64,000 nt of DNA from assembly GCA_021831565.1 (NCBI GenBank), contig JAKBMM010000008.1, positions 11,964 through 75,963 of the forward strand, read 5' to 3'. A program made the position numbers and the translations under genes. This DNA comes from Planctomycetota bacterium (lineage in GTDB: Bacteria; Planctomycetota; Phycisphaerae; WQYP01). Below are positions 10,784-20,224 of the stretch, piece by piece. Position 1 is the stretch's first letter; each line of letters opens with the position of its first letter. The notes beneath the pieces are model-generated. The model ran no database searches. It saw only the letters and a list, made by a program, of their open reading frames with translations, and was not told where the DNA came from.

Positions 10784-12262
10784 ATGGATATCAAGCATAT
10801 TTTACTTCTCGGTCTGGTTCTGCTGACGGCGGCCAGCGTGCTCACGGATGTGAATTTGCCGTCCCATCGCCGCCGGTATCCGGTGTTGCATTGGGTGACC
10901 GATGACAACCCGGCGCGTGTGGTGGAGTTGGCGCCTCTGAAAAACTGGTTGCGCCGGCATCGCTATCCGATGTTCACGGTTCACCTGGATTTCGCCAATG
11001 ACGACATGTCCAAGTTCGTCATTCAGGGAGTTTCCGGCGATGCGGATACTCTGGTCGATACATTTGATGACGATCTGGATTATCTGCACGACTGCAATTT
11101 GCTTTATAACCTCACGCCGGACGCCAAAAAGATGGGCTTCGATCTAAGCCACACCTATCCCGCCGTCAAGGCGACCGTGGTGCGTAATGGCAGGCAATAT
11201 CTGTATCCGACCAATGTCAACGTACTGGATTATTGGGTAAACAAGGCCGCCTTTGCCAAATATCATCAGCCACCGCCGCCGCGAACCTGGACTTTTGCCG
11301 AATTTCAACGGATCGGCCGGGCGTTCGTGCGGGCCGCCAATCCGCCTGGCCGGCGGCCCAAAGTATTTTTTACCAACTCTGTCGATACCCGTATCATGCG
11401 GCGAAGTTTGGGGTTATCCGCTTTCAACGAAACACTTACCCGCTGTACGCTTGCCGACCCGCGCTACGTGCGCGTGCTGCGGCTGATGTATCGCTGGACC
11501 TTTGTGGACCATCTTTTGCCGACGCCCGCCGAAGAGGCTTCCTTCGCGACTCATCCCGGCTACGGCGGGCCGGATTTCCAGATGTTCAACAATGGCCAGT
11601 TCGCCATGTTGTACACCGGGCGCTGGATGCTGATCCAACTGCGCAAGTTTTATAAAACCACCGGCCCCGTGCCGCTGGCCGTGTGCGAACCGCCTTACGG
11701 AAATTTTCCCAACGCCCTTTTGTTCACGCGGGCCACGGGTATTTATATAGGTTCGCCGCGCAAAAAACTCGCGGAGTATTTTTTGAAGTATCTGACCAGT
11801 CGCGCTTACAACATGCAGATCATCCGCGATGGCGACGCGGAACCTCCGAATCCCGTCTATGCGCGTTCGCGGCGGTTTCTTGATCCTCCCCAATACCCCA
11901 ACGAATGGGGATGCACGGCTGTGGAAGTCCGGGCCATTCAAACCATCGCCATACCCAGGGCATACAGCCCCTTCGTTCTTCCCTGGACAGTCTCGCGCAT
12001 TATGCGAACCGACGCCGAGGCCGGCTTCATGGCCGGCATTTACACCGCCCGCCAGGCGGCGAGTCTTGCGGCGGATCGCATCAATCGACATATCATCCAT
12101 AACATTCGTCATAGCCAACGACTGCGGCGCCTTTATGATAAACTCCGGCGCCGGCAGAAAATCATCGATTGTTTACGAAAAGAGAAGCGAAAAGTTCCCT
12201 TGCGGCTGATTACCAATCCCTTTTACCGGCGCTATTACGTTGCCAAAGGCTGGGCTCGTTGA
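10784..12262 (+). CDS. carbohydrate ABC transporter substrate-binding protein
   Basis: Hydrophobic N-terminus from ATG 10784; SBP family 1 features (GRQYLYP, WVNKAAF, WTFAEF, MFNNGQFAM); directly upstream of two permeases. Confidence 0.85.
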   Translation: MDIKHILLLGLVLLTAASVLTDVNLPSHRRRYPVLHWVTDDNPARVVELAPLKNWLRRHRYPMFTVHLDFANDDMSKFVIQGVSGDADTLVDTFDDDLDYLHDCNLLYNLTPDAKKMGFDLSHTYPAVKATVVRNGRQYLYPTNVNVLDYWVNKAAFAKYHQPPPPRTWTFAEFQRIGRAFVRAANPPGRRPKVFFTNSVDTRIMRRSLGLSAFNETLTRCTLADPRYVRVLRLMYRWTFVDHLLPTPAEEASFATHPGYGGPDFQMFNNGQFAMLYTGRWMLIQLRKFYKTTGPVPLAVCEPPYGNFPNALLFTRATGIYIGSPRKKLAEYFLKYLTSRAYNMQIIRDGDAEPPNPVYARSRRFLDPPQYPNEWGCTAVEVRAIQTIAIPRAYSPFVLPWTVSRIMRTDAEAGFMAGIYTARQAASLAADRINRHIIHNIRHSQRLRRLYDKLRRRQKIIDCLRKEKRKVPLRLITNPFYRRYYVAKGWAR

Positions 12263-12263
12263 C

Positions 12264-13739
12264 ATGCGCCGACTTCTCCGACACCGCGGCGACTTGCTCG
12301 CCGCCCTGGCTTTCCTGAGTCCGAACCTGCTGGGATTATTGGTATTCACGCTGTTCCCGCTGGGTTTCAGCATGGTCATGGCGTTTACGAACTGGAACCT
12401 GCGCCATCAGAACATGTTTAAGCCGAATCCCGTGCGGTGGGTGGGATTCGATAATTTCTGGCGATTGCTGCAGGAAGCTGATTTCTGGCGGTTCCTTGGC
12501 AATACGTTGTTTCTGATGATTGGCATTCCCTTTGCCATCGCCGGCAGTCTTTTTCTGGCCATCTTACTGAACAAGGAGTCGCGCGGCGGCGACCGCCGGA
12601 TTTATCCGCTGGTGATTTCCGTGGTGGCCGTGCTGGTCAGCGCCATGCTGCTGGGCCTGTGGGGAATGGGCGCATCCGCCATGGAACTGCTGCTGGGCAC
12701 GACGGCCGGCGGTATTCTTCTTCTGGGGGCCATCGGTGGGCGGGCGGTTTATCGCACGCTGCTGTATCTGCCGTCATTTACCAGCGGCGTAGCCATCTTT
12801 GTTCTTTGGAAAGATTTGTATAACCCGGATACCGGCCCGATCAACCTGGCCCTCCGGCCGGTGCTCCGGAATATTCAGAATGTTGTCCGGTCAATTCCGC
12901 CATTTTGGCCGCGGCTTGGTTTGTGGGCGGCCGTGTTGTTGATGGTCGCCATTCTAGCCGGCGCGTTCCGGCGCCTGGGGCGCCACTGGCGGGAGGGCGA
13001 TCTGGGAACGGGAATTTTTCTGTCGGCCACTGGCTTTATGATTATTCCCACCATTACCGCCTGGTTCTGGTTCCCGAAGGTTGGGGCGGCGTTCCTGTTG
13101 ACTCTGTTGACGGCGGCCATTGTGATCTGGCAATGGACGCCCCTGGCCGGCACGCGGGATGCCGACGGGAGGGGTGGTTCCGCCGGCGGCTTGCTGCTGG
13201 CTTTAATGACACTGCCGGCCCTTTTCGTCGTCGAAGGGCTGGGAATTGTGTGTTTCAATCTGCCCGCGCAAGCCGCCAACGGCCTGCACGCTCCCTCCTG
13301 GCTGGCCAGTTATTACTGGGCCAAGCCGGGGCTGATGATCATGTCGTTTTGGATTGCCGTCGGCTCCAACAACATGCTGTTGTACCTGGCGGGCCTGTCG
13401 AATGTGCCGCCGGAACTCTATGAGGCGGCGGATCTGGACGGCGCCTCGCGCCTGGATAAATTCCGGCACGTCACCTGGCCGATGCTGGCCCCAACCACCT
13501 TTTTTATTTGCATCATGAGCATCATCGGCGGGTTGCAGGGCGGGTGGGACATGGCGGTGGCCATGACCCAGGGAGGTCCCGCCGGCGCCACCACCACCCT
13601 CAGTTACGAGATATACGCACAAGGCTTTCAACGGGGCGCGTTTGACAAGGCCTCTGCCGTCGCCTGGATTATGTTTGTCTTCGTACTGTTGGCCACGCTG
13701 GCAAGCTGGAAATTTGGAAACCGCTATGTCAACGAATGA
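12264..13739 (+). CDS. carbohydrate ABC transporter permease (MalF/UgpA-like, enlarged)
   Basis: FLSPNLLG, WVGFDNF, EAA loop LYEAADLDGA, VTWPMLAPTTFF; extra TM segments. Confidence 0.9.
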   Translation: MRRLLRHRGDLLAALAFLSPNLLGLLVFTLFPLGFSMVMAFTNWNLRHQNMFKPNPVRWVGFDNFWRLLQEADFWRFLGNTLFLMIGIPFAIAGSLFLAILLNKESRGGDRRIYPLVISVVAVLVSAMLLGLWGMGASAMELLLGTTAGGILLLGAIGGRAVYRTLLYLPSFTSGVAIFVLWKDLYNPDTGPINLALRPVLRNIQNVVRSIPPFWPRLGLWAAVLLMVAILAGAFRRLGRHWREGDLGTGIFLSATGFMIIPTITAWFWFPKVGAAFLLTLLTAAIVIWQWTPLAGTRDADGRGGSAGGLLLALMTLPALFVVEGLGIVCFNLPAQAANGLHAPSWLASYYWAKPGLMIMSFWIAVGSNNMLLYLAGLSNVPPELYEAADLDGASRLDKFRHVTWPMLAPTTFFICIMSIIGGLQGGWDMAVAMTQGGPAGATTTLSYEIYAQGFQRGAFDKASAVAWIMFVFVLLATLASWKFGNRYVNE

Positions 13740-14616
13740 AATCGCCGCCTGCGAATCCCCGGCGTTGCCGCGCACCGCGGCTCTCTCGCGTGCTCCCATG
13801 GCGCGCGGCTTGATCTACGCGTTGTGTTGGAATGTTCCGCTGGCCCTGATCGCCTTGACCATGGCCCTGCCGTTTATCTGGATGGTCCTTACAAGCCTCA
13901 AGCCTTTGAGCGAAGTGGGACTTGCCAATTGGTTACCCAGCCACCTGCGCTGGGAGAATTATGCCCGCGTATTCCAGGTCATCGACTTTGCGCGGTATTA
14001 CTGGAACAGCATCTTTGTGGCGGCGTGGATTACTTTTCTACAGGTTTTGACCAGCGCCATGGCCGCCTTCGCCTTTTCGCGGCTGCAATGGCCGGGGCGT
14101 AATAAAATATTCCTTCTGTACCTGGCCACCATCATGCTGCCCGGGCTGGTGATGGTTATTCCCAACTACTGGATCATGATAGAACTGCATCTGGTCAATT
14201 CATTCACCGGACTGATCCTGCCGCTGGCCTTCGGTCCATTCGGCGTGTTTCTTTTGCGGCAGTTTATGCTGACCATTCCCCCCAGCCTGGATGAATCCGC
14301 CAGGATGGATGGCGCCGGCCCCTGGCGCATCTTCTGGGACATTACCATGCCGCTTTCGCGGCCGGGTCTGATCACATTGACAATCTTCACGTTCATGGGA
14401 ACCTATCAGAATTTTTTCTGGCCGCTGGTTATGCTCAAGAGTCAGAGTCTCTACACGCTGCCCATCGGTCTGCTGTATTTCAATTCCACGTCGGGACAGG
14501 CCACAAATTTGCTGATGGCGGCCGTGACCATGTCCATCGCGCCCCTGGTGGTCATTTTCATCGTTCTGCAGAAATACATCGTCAAGGGCATACAAATCGG
14601 CGCGGTAAAAGGGTGA
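13726..14616 (+). CDS. carbohydrate ABC transporter permease (MalG/UgpE-like)
   Basis: PFIWMVLTSLK, WENY, EAA loop LDESARMDGA, C-terminal QKYIVKGIQIGAVKG. Confidence 0.92.
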   Translation: MSTNEIAACESPALPRTAALSRAPMARGLIYALCWNVPLALIALTMALPFIWMVLTSLKPLSEVGLANWLPSHLRWENYARVFQVIDFARYYWNSIFVAAWITFLQVLTSAMAAFAFSRLQWPGRNKIFLLYLATIMLPGLVMVIPNYWIMIELHLVNSFTGLILPLAFGPFGVFLLRQFMLTIPPSLDESARMDGAGPWRIFWDITMPLSRPGLITLTIFTFMGTYQNFFWPLVMLKSQSLYTLPIGLLYFNSTSGQATNLLMAAVTMSIAPLVVIFIVLQKYIVKGIQIGAVKG

Positions 14617-14631
14617 CGGGATATGGCCTTC

Positions 14632-16383
14632 TTAGCCTCTTGTCCGTGTGTTGGCGCCGGGCCGCACGGTGTTATTTCTCCCGATAACAATCTTGCCGGA
14701 ATGCTTGACCAGGATCCAGTACGGCGCCGCCGGCGAAGGCGGGCCGACCAGCTTGTTCCCGCCGATGATGCCGCTGCGCGTCCAATCCACCCGGATGTCG
14801 CCGGCAAGATTCGAAACGAAGGTGTTGTCCGCAACCACGATTCGACTGTTGCCGATCGCCCCGGCGCCGGGAATTTGCCATCCGTAGACGGCTCCGTGCA
14901 CAAATACGGCGGCGTTGTCTCCGCCCGCTTTACCATTATGTATAAGTGTGTTTCTTTCGATTATTACATTGTGGCAGTACCCGGCTTCGTGCCAATGGAT
15001 TTCCTCGGGGCCAATGGATATGCCCGACATTCCACAGCCGTCAATAGTATTCCCCACGACGATGCCATTGCTTCCCTTGAGGTTCATGCCGCGCGCGCGC
15101 GTGTCGCCCAGCCGGCAGTCGATCACTTTGTACCCCTGGCCGCAGCGGCCCGGATTCGTGACATCGGCCCCCACGGGAACAGAAAGCCGGCGGTCCAGCG
15201 TGACTACACGGGTCTGATGGCGTTTGGCGCTGATCGCGATGACGCGGGCGCGCGCGAAAAAACCCTGTTTGCTGGAGATCTGAATCGGCTCACCGACCCT
15301 CAACCTGGCGTCGATCCAGGGGCGGGAGCGGATGTACCGGATCGTTATATTTCGGCCCGCGGCGGCCACAACGGTTTGGAAAAAGCCGTGAATGGCGATG
15401 CAGTCGTCGAGGAATACGCCTCGGAACACGCAACGCTCAATATCCGGACCAGGGTCGGCGCCGTAACTATGCAAACCGTCGGCTTCGTTGGTAACCAATG
15501 GTTTTTCCCTGGCGCCCGCAGGCTTGGGGCCTGATACCCATCGGCATCCAATCATGCGGTTCCCGCCCCCGCCTTGTTCGAATATTGGAGCAAAACCGTT
15601 TCGCTCCACGGTGACGTCCCGGAGAGTGCAATCTCGGCTATCGTGGAGGGAGACCTTGTGCGGCCAATTACCCAACCGCGACACCAGCCAATCCCCGACC
15701 CTGAATTCCGGACGGGGAATTCTAAAATTCAAGCGGAAACTTCGTCTTCCGACGGGCGTCATGCTGCCCCACAAGTCGGGAACGCCCGCGCGCAACCGCC
15801 GTGTCCGGCGATCGACTACGTTAAACAGGATCCGTTTCCCGTTGGTTACCTGAAATTGGCTTTCGGGAAAGTTCCCGGCGTGTATGTTGGGGAAGGGGTA
15901 GCCGGTGGCCGGCCGCCAAACGCAGGAAATTCCAGCCCTGGTCCTTTGCACGCGCGTGATCTTCCCCTGGTAGAACGTCAGCCGGGTCTGGGAAATGACG
16001 GGGCCTTCGATCGTAATATACTTACAATGGTACAATCTGAAGCATGTGCCGGAATGAATCGCGTGCATGATCAGCGTCACGTGATACGCGCCAAGCACGG
16101 CGTGTCTCCAGCCGGCCAGGTCGAAAACCGCAGCTCCCGCGCCGCTGGTGGCCGGCAGGTCGTATGTGCCGGGGTTGATTCTAATGATCCGTGCGCCACA
16201 CGCGTAGGCCCGCTCGATCTGGCGCGGCAACCGGTCGGCCTGGGCGGGGTTGCCGATGCGCACCATGTACAATGAATCGGCCGCAGTGGTATGGACATGA
16301 GAAAGGGCCGGCAGGCCTGCCAGCCACACGATTGGGAACCATACCGTTCGAGAGGCCGACCGGCCGCCGGGATGCGCTCTCAT
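14632..16383 (-). CDS. secreted right-handed parallel beta-helix protein, GH110 (alpha-galactosidase)-like
   Basis: Signal-like N-terminus from ATG 16383; INPGTY, ADGLHS...DDCIAIHG, ARGMNLK, repeated NxxIxxNT beta-helix turns. The extension of the 716-aa ORF to 16782 is an out-of-frame overlap with the neighbouring acidic gene. Confidence 0.7.
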   Translation of the reverse strand: MRAHPGGRSASRTVWFPIVWLAGLPALSHVHTTAADSLYMVRIGNPAQADRLPRQIERAYACGARIIRINPGTYDLPATSGAGAAVFDLAGWRHAVLGAYHVTLIMHAIHSGTCFRLYHCKYITIEGPVISQTRLTFYQGKITRVQRTRAGISCVWRPATGYPFPNIHAGNFPESQFQVTNGKRILFNVVDRRTRRLRAGVPDLWGSMTPVGRRSFRLNFRIPRPEFRVGDWLVSRLGNWPHKVSLHDSRDCTLRDVTVERNGFAPIFEQGGGGNRMIGCRWVSGPKPAGAREKPLVTNEADGLHSYGADPGPDIERCVFRGVFLDDCIAIHGFFQTVVAAAGRNITIRYIRSRPWIDARLRVGEPIQISSKQGFFARARVIAISAKRHQTRVVTLDRRLSVPVGADVTNPGRCGQGYKVIDCRLGDTRARGMNLKGSNGIVVGNTIDGCGMSGISIGPEEIHWHEAGYCHNVIIERNTLIHNGKAGGDNAAVFVHGAVYGWQIPGAGAIGNSRIVVADNTFVSNLAGDIRVDWTRSGIIGGNKLVGPPSPAAPYWILVKHSGKIVIGRNNTVRPGANTRTRG

Positions 16384-16510
16384 AAAAATCTTCTGTAAAA
16401 AATATGCGACCGTGCACGGCCTTTCGGCCAGGCGGATCCCAAAGAGTCTAATCAGCCGCGGCGTGTACTGGAATGGCCGCTGCCGCCGGCGCCACCGGGA
16501 GAAAAAAAGG

Positions 16511-16879
16511 TTAATCCAACTCGTCCTCGTCATGGAAAATGTCGTCTTCGTCGAGCGAATCATCCTCGAATTCATCATCGGAGTCTTGATCGTCATCGAA
16601 CTCTTCATCGTCTTCGTCGTCTTCCTCGTCGTCATCCTCCAGATCGTCATCTTCCTCTTCCAGATCTTCCTGTTCTTCCGCATTGCGCCGGCGCTTCGCC
16701 CAGGTTCGCGCCGCGGCGCCATGCGACCCTGCGCCGCCCAACACCTCGCCGGCGTCAAACGGCGACCAGGCGCCGTCTGCACCGGCGCACGCTGCGTTCG
16801 TCAGTGGGTTCCAAACGGGCATGATGGAGTTGTTCCCGGATACGTCTGAACTTTCCGAAGGCAAAGACATCGTGAACAT
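16511..16879 (-). CDS. hypothetical protein with a long Asp/Glu-rich C-terminal tract
   Basis: SD GAGAGG 7 nt upstream of ATG 16879; ends EEQEDLEEEDDDLEDDDEEDDEDDEEFDDDQDSDDEFEDDSLDEDDIFHDEDELD using mixed GAY/GAR codons. Confidence 0.7.
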   Translation of the reverse strand: MFTMSLPSESSDVSGNNSIMPVWNPLTNAACAGADGAWSPFDAGEVLGGAGSHGAAARTWAKRRRNAEEQEDLEEEDDDLEDDDEEDDEDDEEFDDDQDSDDEFEDDSLDEDDIFHDEDELD

Positions 16880-17126
16880 GGTTTTTCCTCTCATTAGTTC
16901 TAAAAACTTCTCCGGTCGGCCGGCGCCACAGATTATCTTTTCACCCGGGCGACTACCAGACTCCTCGGCCGGAGGGTAGACTTTACCAAGTCAAACGCCG
17001 GTAAAATACTGGTATTTTTGGACAAGTCAATCTTCGGAAGGCGGAATTATTCCAGCCGCCGGCGCGGGCGCCCGACCCAATCCCGGGGCGTCGCCGGCGA
17101 GCCGGGGATTGGACGAAAGGATTCAG

Positions 17127-17669
17127 ATGAAATCGCAGGAAAAAATCGCGGTTTTTCCGGGCACGTTCGACCCTCCCACCCTGGGACATCTGGACGTCAT
17201 TCGACGCGGGCGGAACCTCTTCGATCGCCTGATCGTGGCGATTGGCCGAAATCCCGGAAAAAGTGAACTCTTTCCCGTGGGGGAGCGGTTGGAAATGCTC
17301 CGGACACTCATCGCCGACGTTCCCCAGGTGTCGGTCGAAGCTTATGAGGGGTTGACGGTGGAACTGGTGAAACGGCGCGGCGCGGCGGCTATTTTGCGCG
17401 GACTGCGGAACATGACGGACCTGGAATATGAATTCCAGCTTGCCTTGACCAATCGGGCCGTGGCCGATGTCGATACTGTTTTCATCATGACCAATGAAAG
17501 ATTTGGTTTTACCAGCAGCAGCCTGATCCGCCAGATCGCCGCGATGGGCGGCGAATTGGATAATCTCACCGGTTTGCTGCCGGTGCTGGTGATTGCGCGA
17601 TTGAAAGAGTATCGGGATCGAAAAATCGGCCCGTTCGCCCACGAACCGCCGGATAACCTTATCCGGTGA
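17127..17669 (+). CDS. coaD: pantetheine-phosphate adenylyltransferase
   Basis: AVFPGTFDPPTLGHLD, ILRGLR, DLEYE, SSSLIRQIA. Confidence 0.96.
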   Translation: MKSQEKIAVFPGTFDPPTLGHLDVIRRGRNLFDRLIVAIGRNPGKSELFPVGERLEMLRTLIADVPQVSVEAYEGLTVELVKRRGAAAILRGLRNMTDLEYEFQLALTNRAVADVDTVFIMTNERFGFTSSSLIRQIAAMGGELDNLTGLLPVLVIARLKEYRDRKIGPFAHEPPDNLIR

Positions 17670-17685
17670 GATCAAGTGGGAGTCT

Positions 17686-17707
17686 AATCCCGACAGCTAT
17701 CGGGATT
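17686..17707. repeat. short palindromic repeat, copy 1
   Basis: AATCCCGACAGCTATCGGGATT; contains the TAG stop of the minus-strand gene 17697-18041. Confidence 0.75.
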
Positions 17708-18041
17708 CTTTCGACCCCTCGTCAGTGGTGGGGGGAGCCGCGGCGGCGACTTTGCCATCTTGATCCGCGGATTGGGCCGGCGGTTGCTTCTGTGTGATCA
17801 ATCCCAGCACACCCAGCGAAAATAAGCCCGTCCAGCCACACTGGCGACAGATCAAAGCGGCCATCGGCATACTGGTGCCGGGGAATTTGACCATGCCGGC
17901 TTTCTCATAGACGGGAATGGAAACGGGCAAATCCTGGACAACCCAACTGTTTTTCCGGCACAGAGGGCATTCCGCCTTGATACCGCGCTGACCGAGCGCT
18001 TGCACCACCGCCGGAATGTAATTCTCAAATGTCGCCATCAT
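17697..18041 (-). CDS. small hypothetical protein, probable Zn-ribbon (CxxC...CxxC)
   Basis: SD AGGAG; CPLC and CRQC pairs; low-complexity tail. Confidence 0.75.
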   Translation of the reverse strand: MMATFENYIPAVVQALGQRGIKAECPLCRKNSWVVQDLPVSIPVYEKAGMVKFPGTSMPMAALICRQCGWTGLFSLGVLGLITQKQPPAQSADQDGKVAAAAPPTTDEGSKESR

Positions 18042-18098
18042 TGAACTCCTGATAACAAGGCACTGTCATTTCGATGGTTACCGGGATACGGATCGCGG

Positions 18099-18116
18099 CC
18101 CGATAGCTATTGGCAT
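18099..18116. repeat. short palindromic repeat, degenerate copy 2
   Basis: CCCGATAGCTATTGGCAT, 2 mismatches to CCCGATAGCTATCGGGAT. Confidence 0.55.
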
Positions 18117-18564
18117 CAACCCCGCACTATCCATGTTCTCCGCCGGTAGGGAGTTGTACCCGGCGGACGCTAAAATTGCAAATTCCCGGCGGGCCGCTCT
18201 TGGCGGATGGTGCGACAGAGCACTGGTGGGTTTTCCAGTTGGGAGGCGGACGTATCGCCCGCCATATTGTTTTCTTCGGACAAGATGCCCGCCAGCGGGC
18301 GCAGGCGGGTGCGCGCTTCCAAGTCCCCCGAAAAATTATCACACGCAATCAGAAAACAGAACTTCCCCAAGATATTTCGTTAACGCGAATCTACAGGCAT
18401 ATACTGCCCATACGCTTTTACCTGACATGAAAGTGACGTAGAGTCCTCCTGTCATCATAATGAGAAAAAATTTTGTCGATATCTTTAGAAAATTTCGTAA
18501 ACTTCCAGGGCCTTTAGGTTCGATAATCACTTTGTTAGGATTACTGGACGCACGGAGTAGTGTT

Positions 18565-19008
18565 GTGAGCACAACAGTAGCGTTGACGCAAGCGGAGCGG
18601 CGGCAGATTTTATCCGTGCTCAGAGAGCTTAAGCAACAGGGAGAAACGTTTGGACGAAGTCACCGGCGACGCCCGGTAGCCCAATTCATGTGGCTCAAAC
18701 GCCTTCCGAATCCGACAAACCCGCGGGGGGCCGCGTTTAAAATCCGTTCCGAGGATGTGTCCCTTAAGGGGATTGGATTTTTTACGAAACGTCGGATTTA
18801 TCGCAACGAGTATGTCGTGATCCCTCTGCAGTTCCGCGAAGGCGGAGGCCAGTTGGTGCTTTGCCGTATTTGTTTCTGTCGGCAACTTCCCAGCGGTGGG
18901 TACCGTGCGGGAGCTGAGTTTGAAGAAATGCTTCCCGATCCCAAGTGCAAAGAACGCATCCCCTCCGCCTGGCTCAAGCTTGGCTGGGCTACCTCCATCG
19001 TCGCATGA
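18565..19008 (+). CDS. PilZ domain protein (c-di-GMP effector)
   Basis: RxxxR (RSHRR) and DxSxxG (DVSLKG) motifs, C-terminal YRAGAEF strand; GTG 18565 after SD GGAG (start uncertain). Confidence 0.75.
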   Translation: MSTTVALTQAERRQILSVLRELKQQGETFGRSHRRRPVAQFMWLKRLPNPTNPRGAAFKIRSEDVSLKGIGFFTKRRIYRNEYVVIPLQFREGGGQLVLCRICFCRQLPSGGYRAGAEFEEMLPDPKCKERIPSAWLKLGWATSIVA

Positions 19009-19036
19009 TTTTTCTTAGTCCTGTTGAGATAGGCTC

Positions 19037-20020
19037 TTACTGATAGCCGTTCGGGTGCGCCTGAAACCAGCGCCAAGCCGACTCCACAATTACCTGCAGG
19101 TCGGTAATTTTCGCCTTCCAGTGAAAATCGCGGGCCATGCCCTCGGGCGAGGCGTAAAGCGCCGGCGGGTCGCCGGGTCGGCGCGCGACTTGGCGCGTTG
19201 CGATCTCTTTACCCGTAACTGCTCGGCAGGTGTCGATTACCTCCCGCACGGAATAGCCGCGGCCCACGCCCAGATTGTAAAACAGTCCCCGGCCAGGCTG
19301 GAGATTTTCCAGCAATACCAGGTGTGCCTCGGCCAGGTCCCATACGTGAATATAATCGCGAACGCAGGTGCCGTCGGGCGTGGGGTAATCCGTGCCGAAG
19401 ATTTCCATACAGGGACGCCGCCCCATGGCCACCTGAAGTACAATGGGAAGCAGGTGTGTTTCCGGGCGATGATCTTCACCGATGGTTCCATCGAGCGCCG
19501 CGCCGGCAACGTTGAAGTAACGCGGTGCGGCAAACGCCAGATTTTCCGCTTTGGCCACATCCAGCAGGATGTGTTCCACCATCAGCTTGGATTGGCCGTA
19601 GGGACTTATGGGGCGCTGCGGCATGTCTTCAGTGATGGGGACTTTTTCCGGTTCGCCGTAGGTGGCGCAGGTGCTGGAAAAAACCAGCTTCTTGATTCCG
19701 GCAAGGTGCATCGCATCCAACATGCCGATGGTGTTGGCGACGTTGTTGCGGTAATACTTTCGTGGATCGGACACGCTTTCGTCGACATAGGCGCTGGCGG
19801 CGAAGTGCATGACCGCCTCTATTTTCTCTGCCATGAATACCGCCGCCAGCCGCGCCACGTTGGCGCAGTCCAGCACCACCAATTTCGCCTTCGGATGAAC
19901 CGCCGCGCGATGGCCCATCCCCAGGTTGTCAATGGCGGTGACACGGTGGCCGCGTTCCACCAGCAGCTTGACCGCATGGGACCCGATATAACCCGCACCC
20001 CCAATGACCGCGATATTCAT
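19037..20020 (-). CDS. galE: UDP-glucose 4-epimerase
   Basis: GGAGYIGSH, FSSTCATYG, YGQSK, YFNVAGA, DGTCVRDYIHV, RRPGDP. Confidence 0.96.
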   Translation of the reverse strand: MNIAVIGGAGYIGSHAVKLLVERGHRVTAIDNLGMGHRAAVHPKAKLVVLDCANVARLAAVFMAEKIEAVMHFAASAYVDESVSDPRKYYRNNVANTIGMLDAMHLAGIKKLVFSSTCATYGEPEKVPITEDMPQRPISPYGQSKLMVEHILLDVAKAENLAFAAPRYFNVAGAALDGTIGEDHRPETHLLPIVLQVAMGRRPCMEIFGTDYPTPDGTCVRDYIHVWDLAEAHLVLLENLQPGRGLFYNLGVGRGYSVREVIDTCRAVTGKEIATRQVARRPGDPPALYASPEGMARDFHWKAKITDLQVIVESAWRWFQAHPNGYQ

Positions 20021-20224
20021 GAAAGCTCCTTACGTTGGTTACGCGGGCCATAAGATAATTCCCCCTCGGTCAGATGTAAAACGTGCCTGTACGCACAATT
20101 GGCCATGGGCCTTGCGGAATTTGCTCTCCCGTCCGATTGCTCTTATGCTCACGGGCTCGTTGGTCCAGCCGCGTGGCGGACTGTTTGCCGAGCAAGGATG
20201 GCAGGAATTTTTCGAGGTGCATGG

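Noticed and set aside
16384..16782. N-terminal extension of the 716-aa ORF (MTIWRMTTRKTTKTMKSS...)
   Set aside because: Alternative-frame reading of the Asp/Glu-rich gene; the beta-helix protein has its own ATG and signal-like sequence at 16383
17649..17666. Hairpin CCGGATAA-CC-TTATCCGG at the coaD 3' end
   Set aside because: Single copy inside coding sequence with different arms from the repeat family; could be a terminator element but not supportable
18110..18441. Short ORFs in the gap between the Zn-ribbon and PilZ genes
   Set aside because: No SD, no motifs, several overlapping frames equally weak
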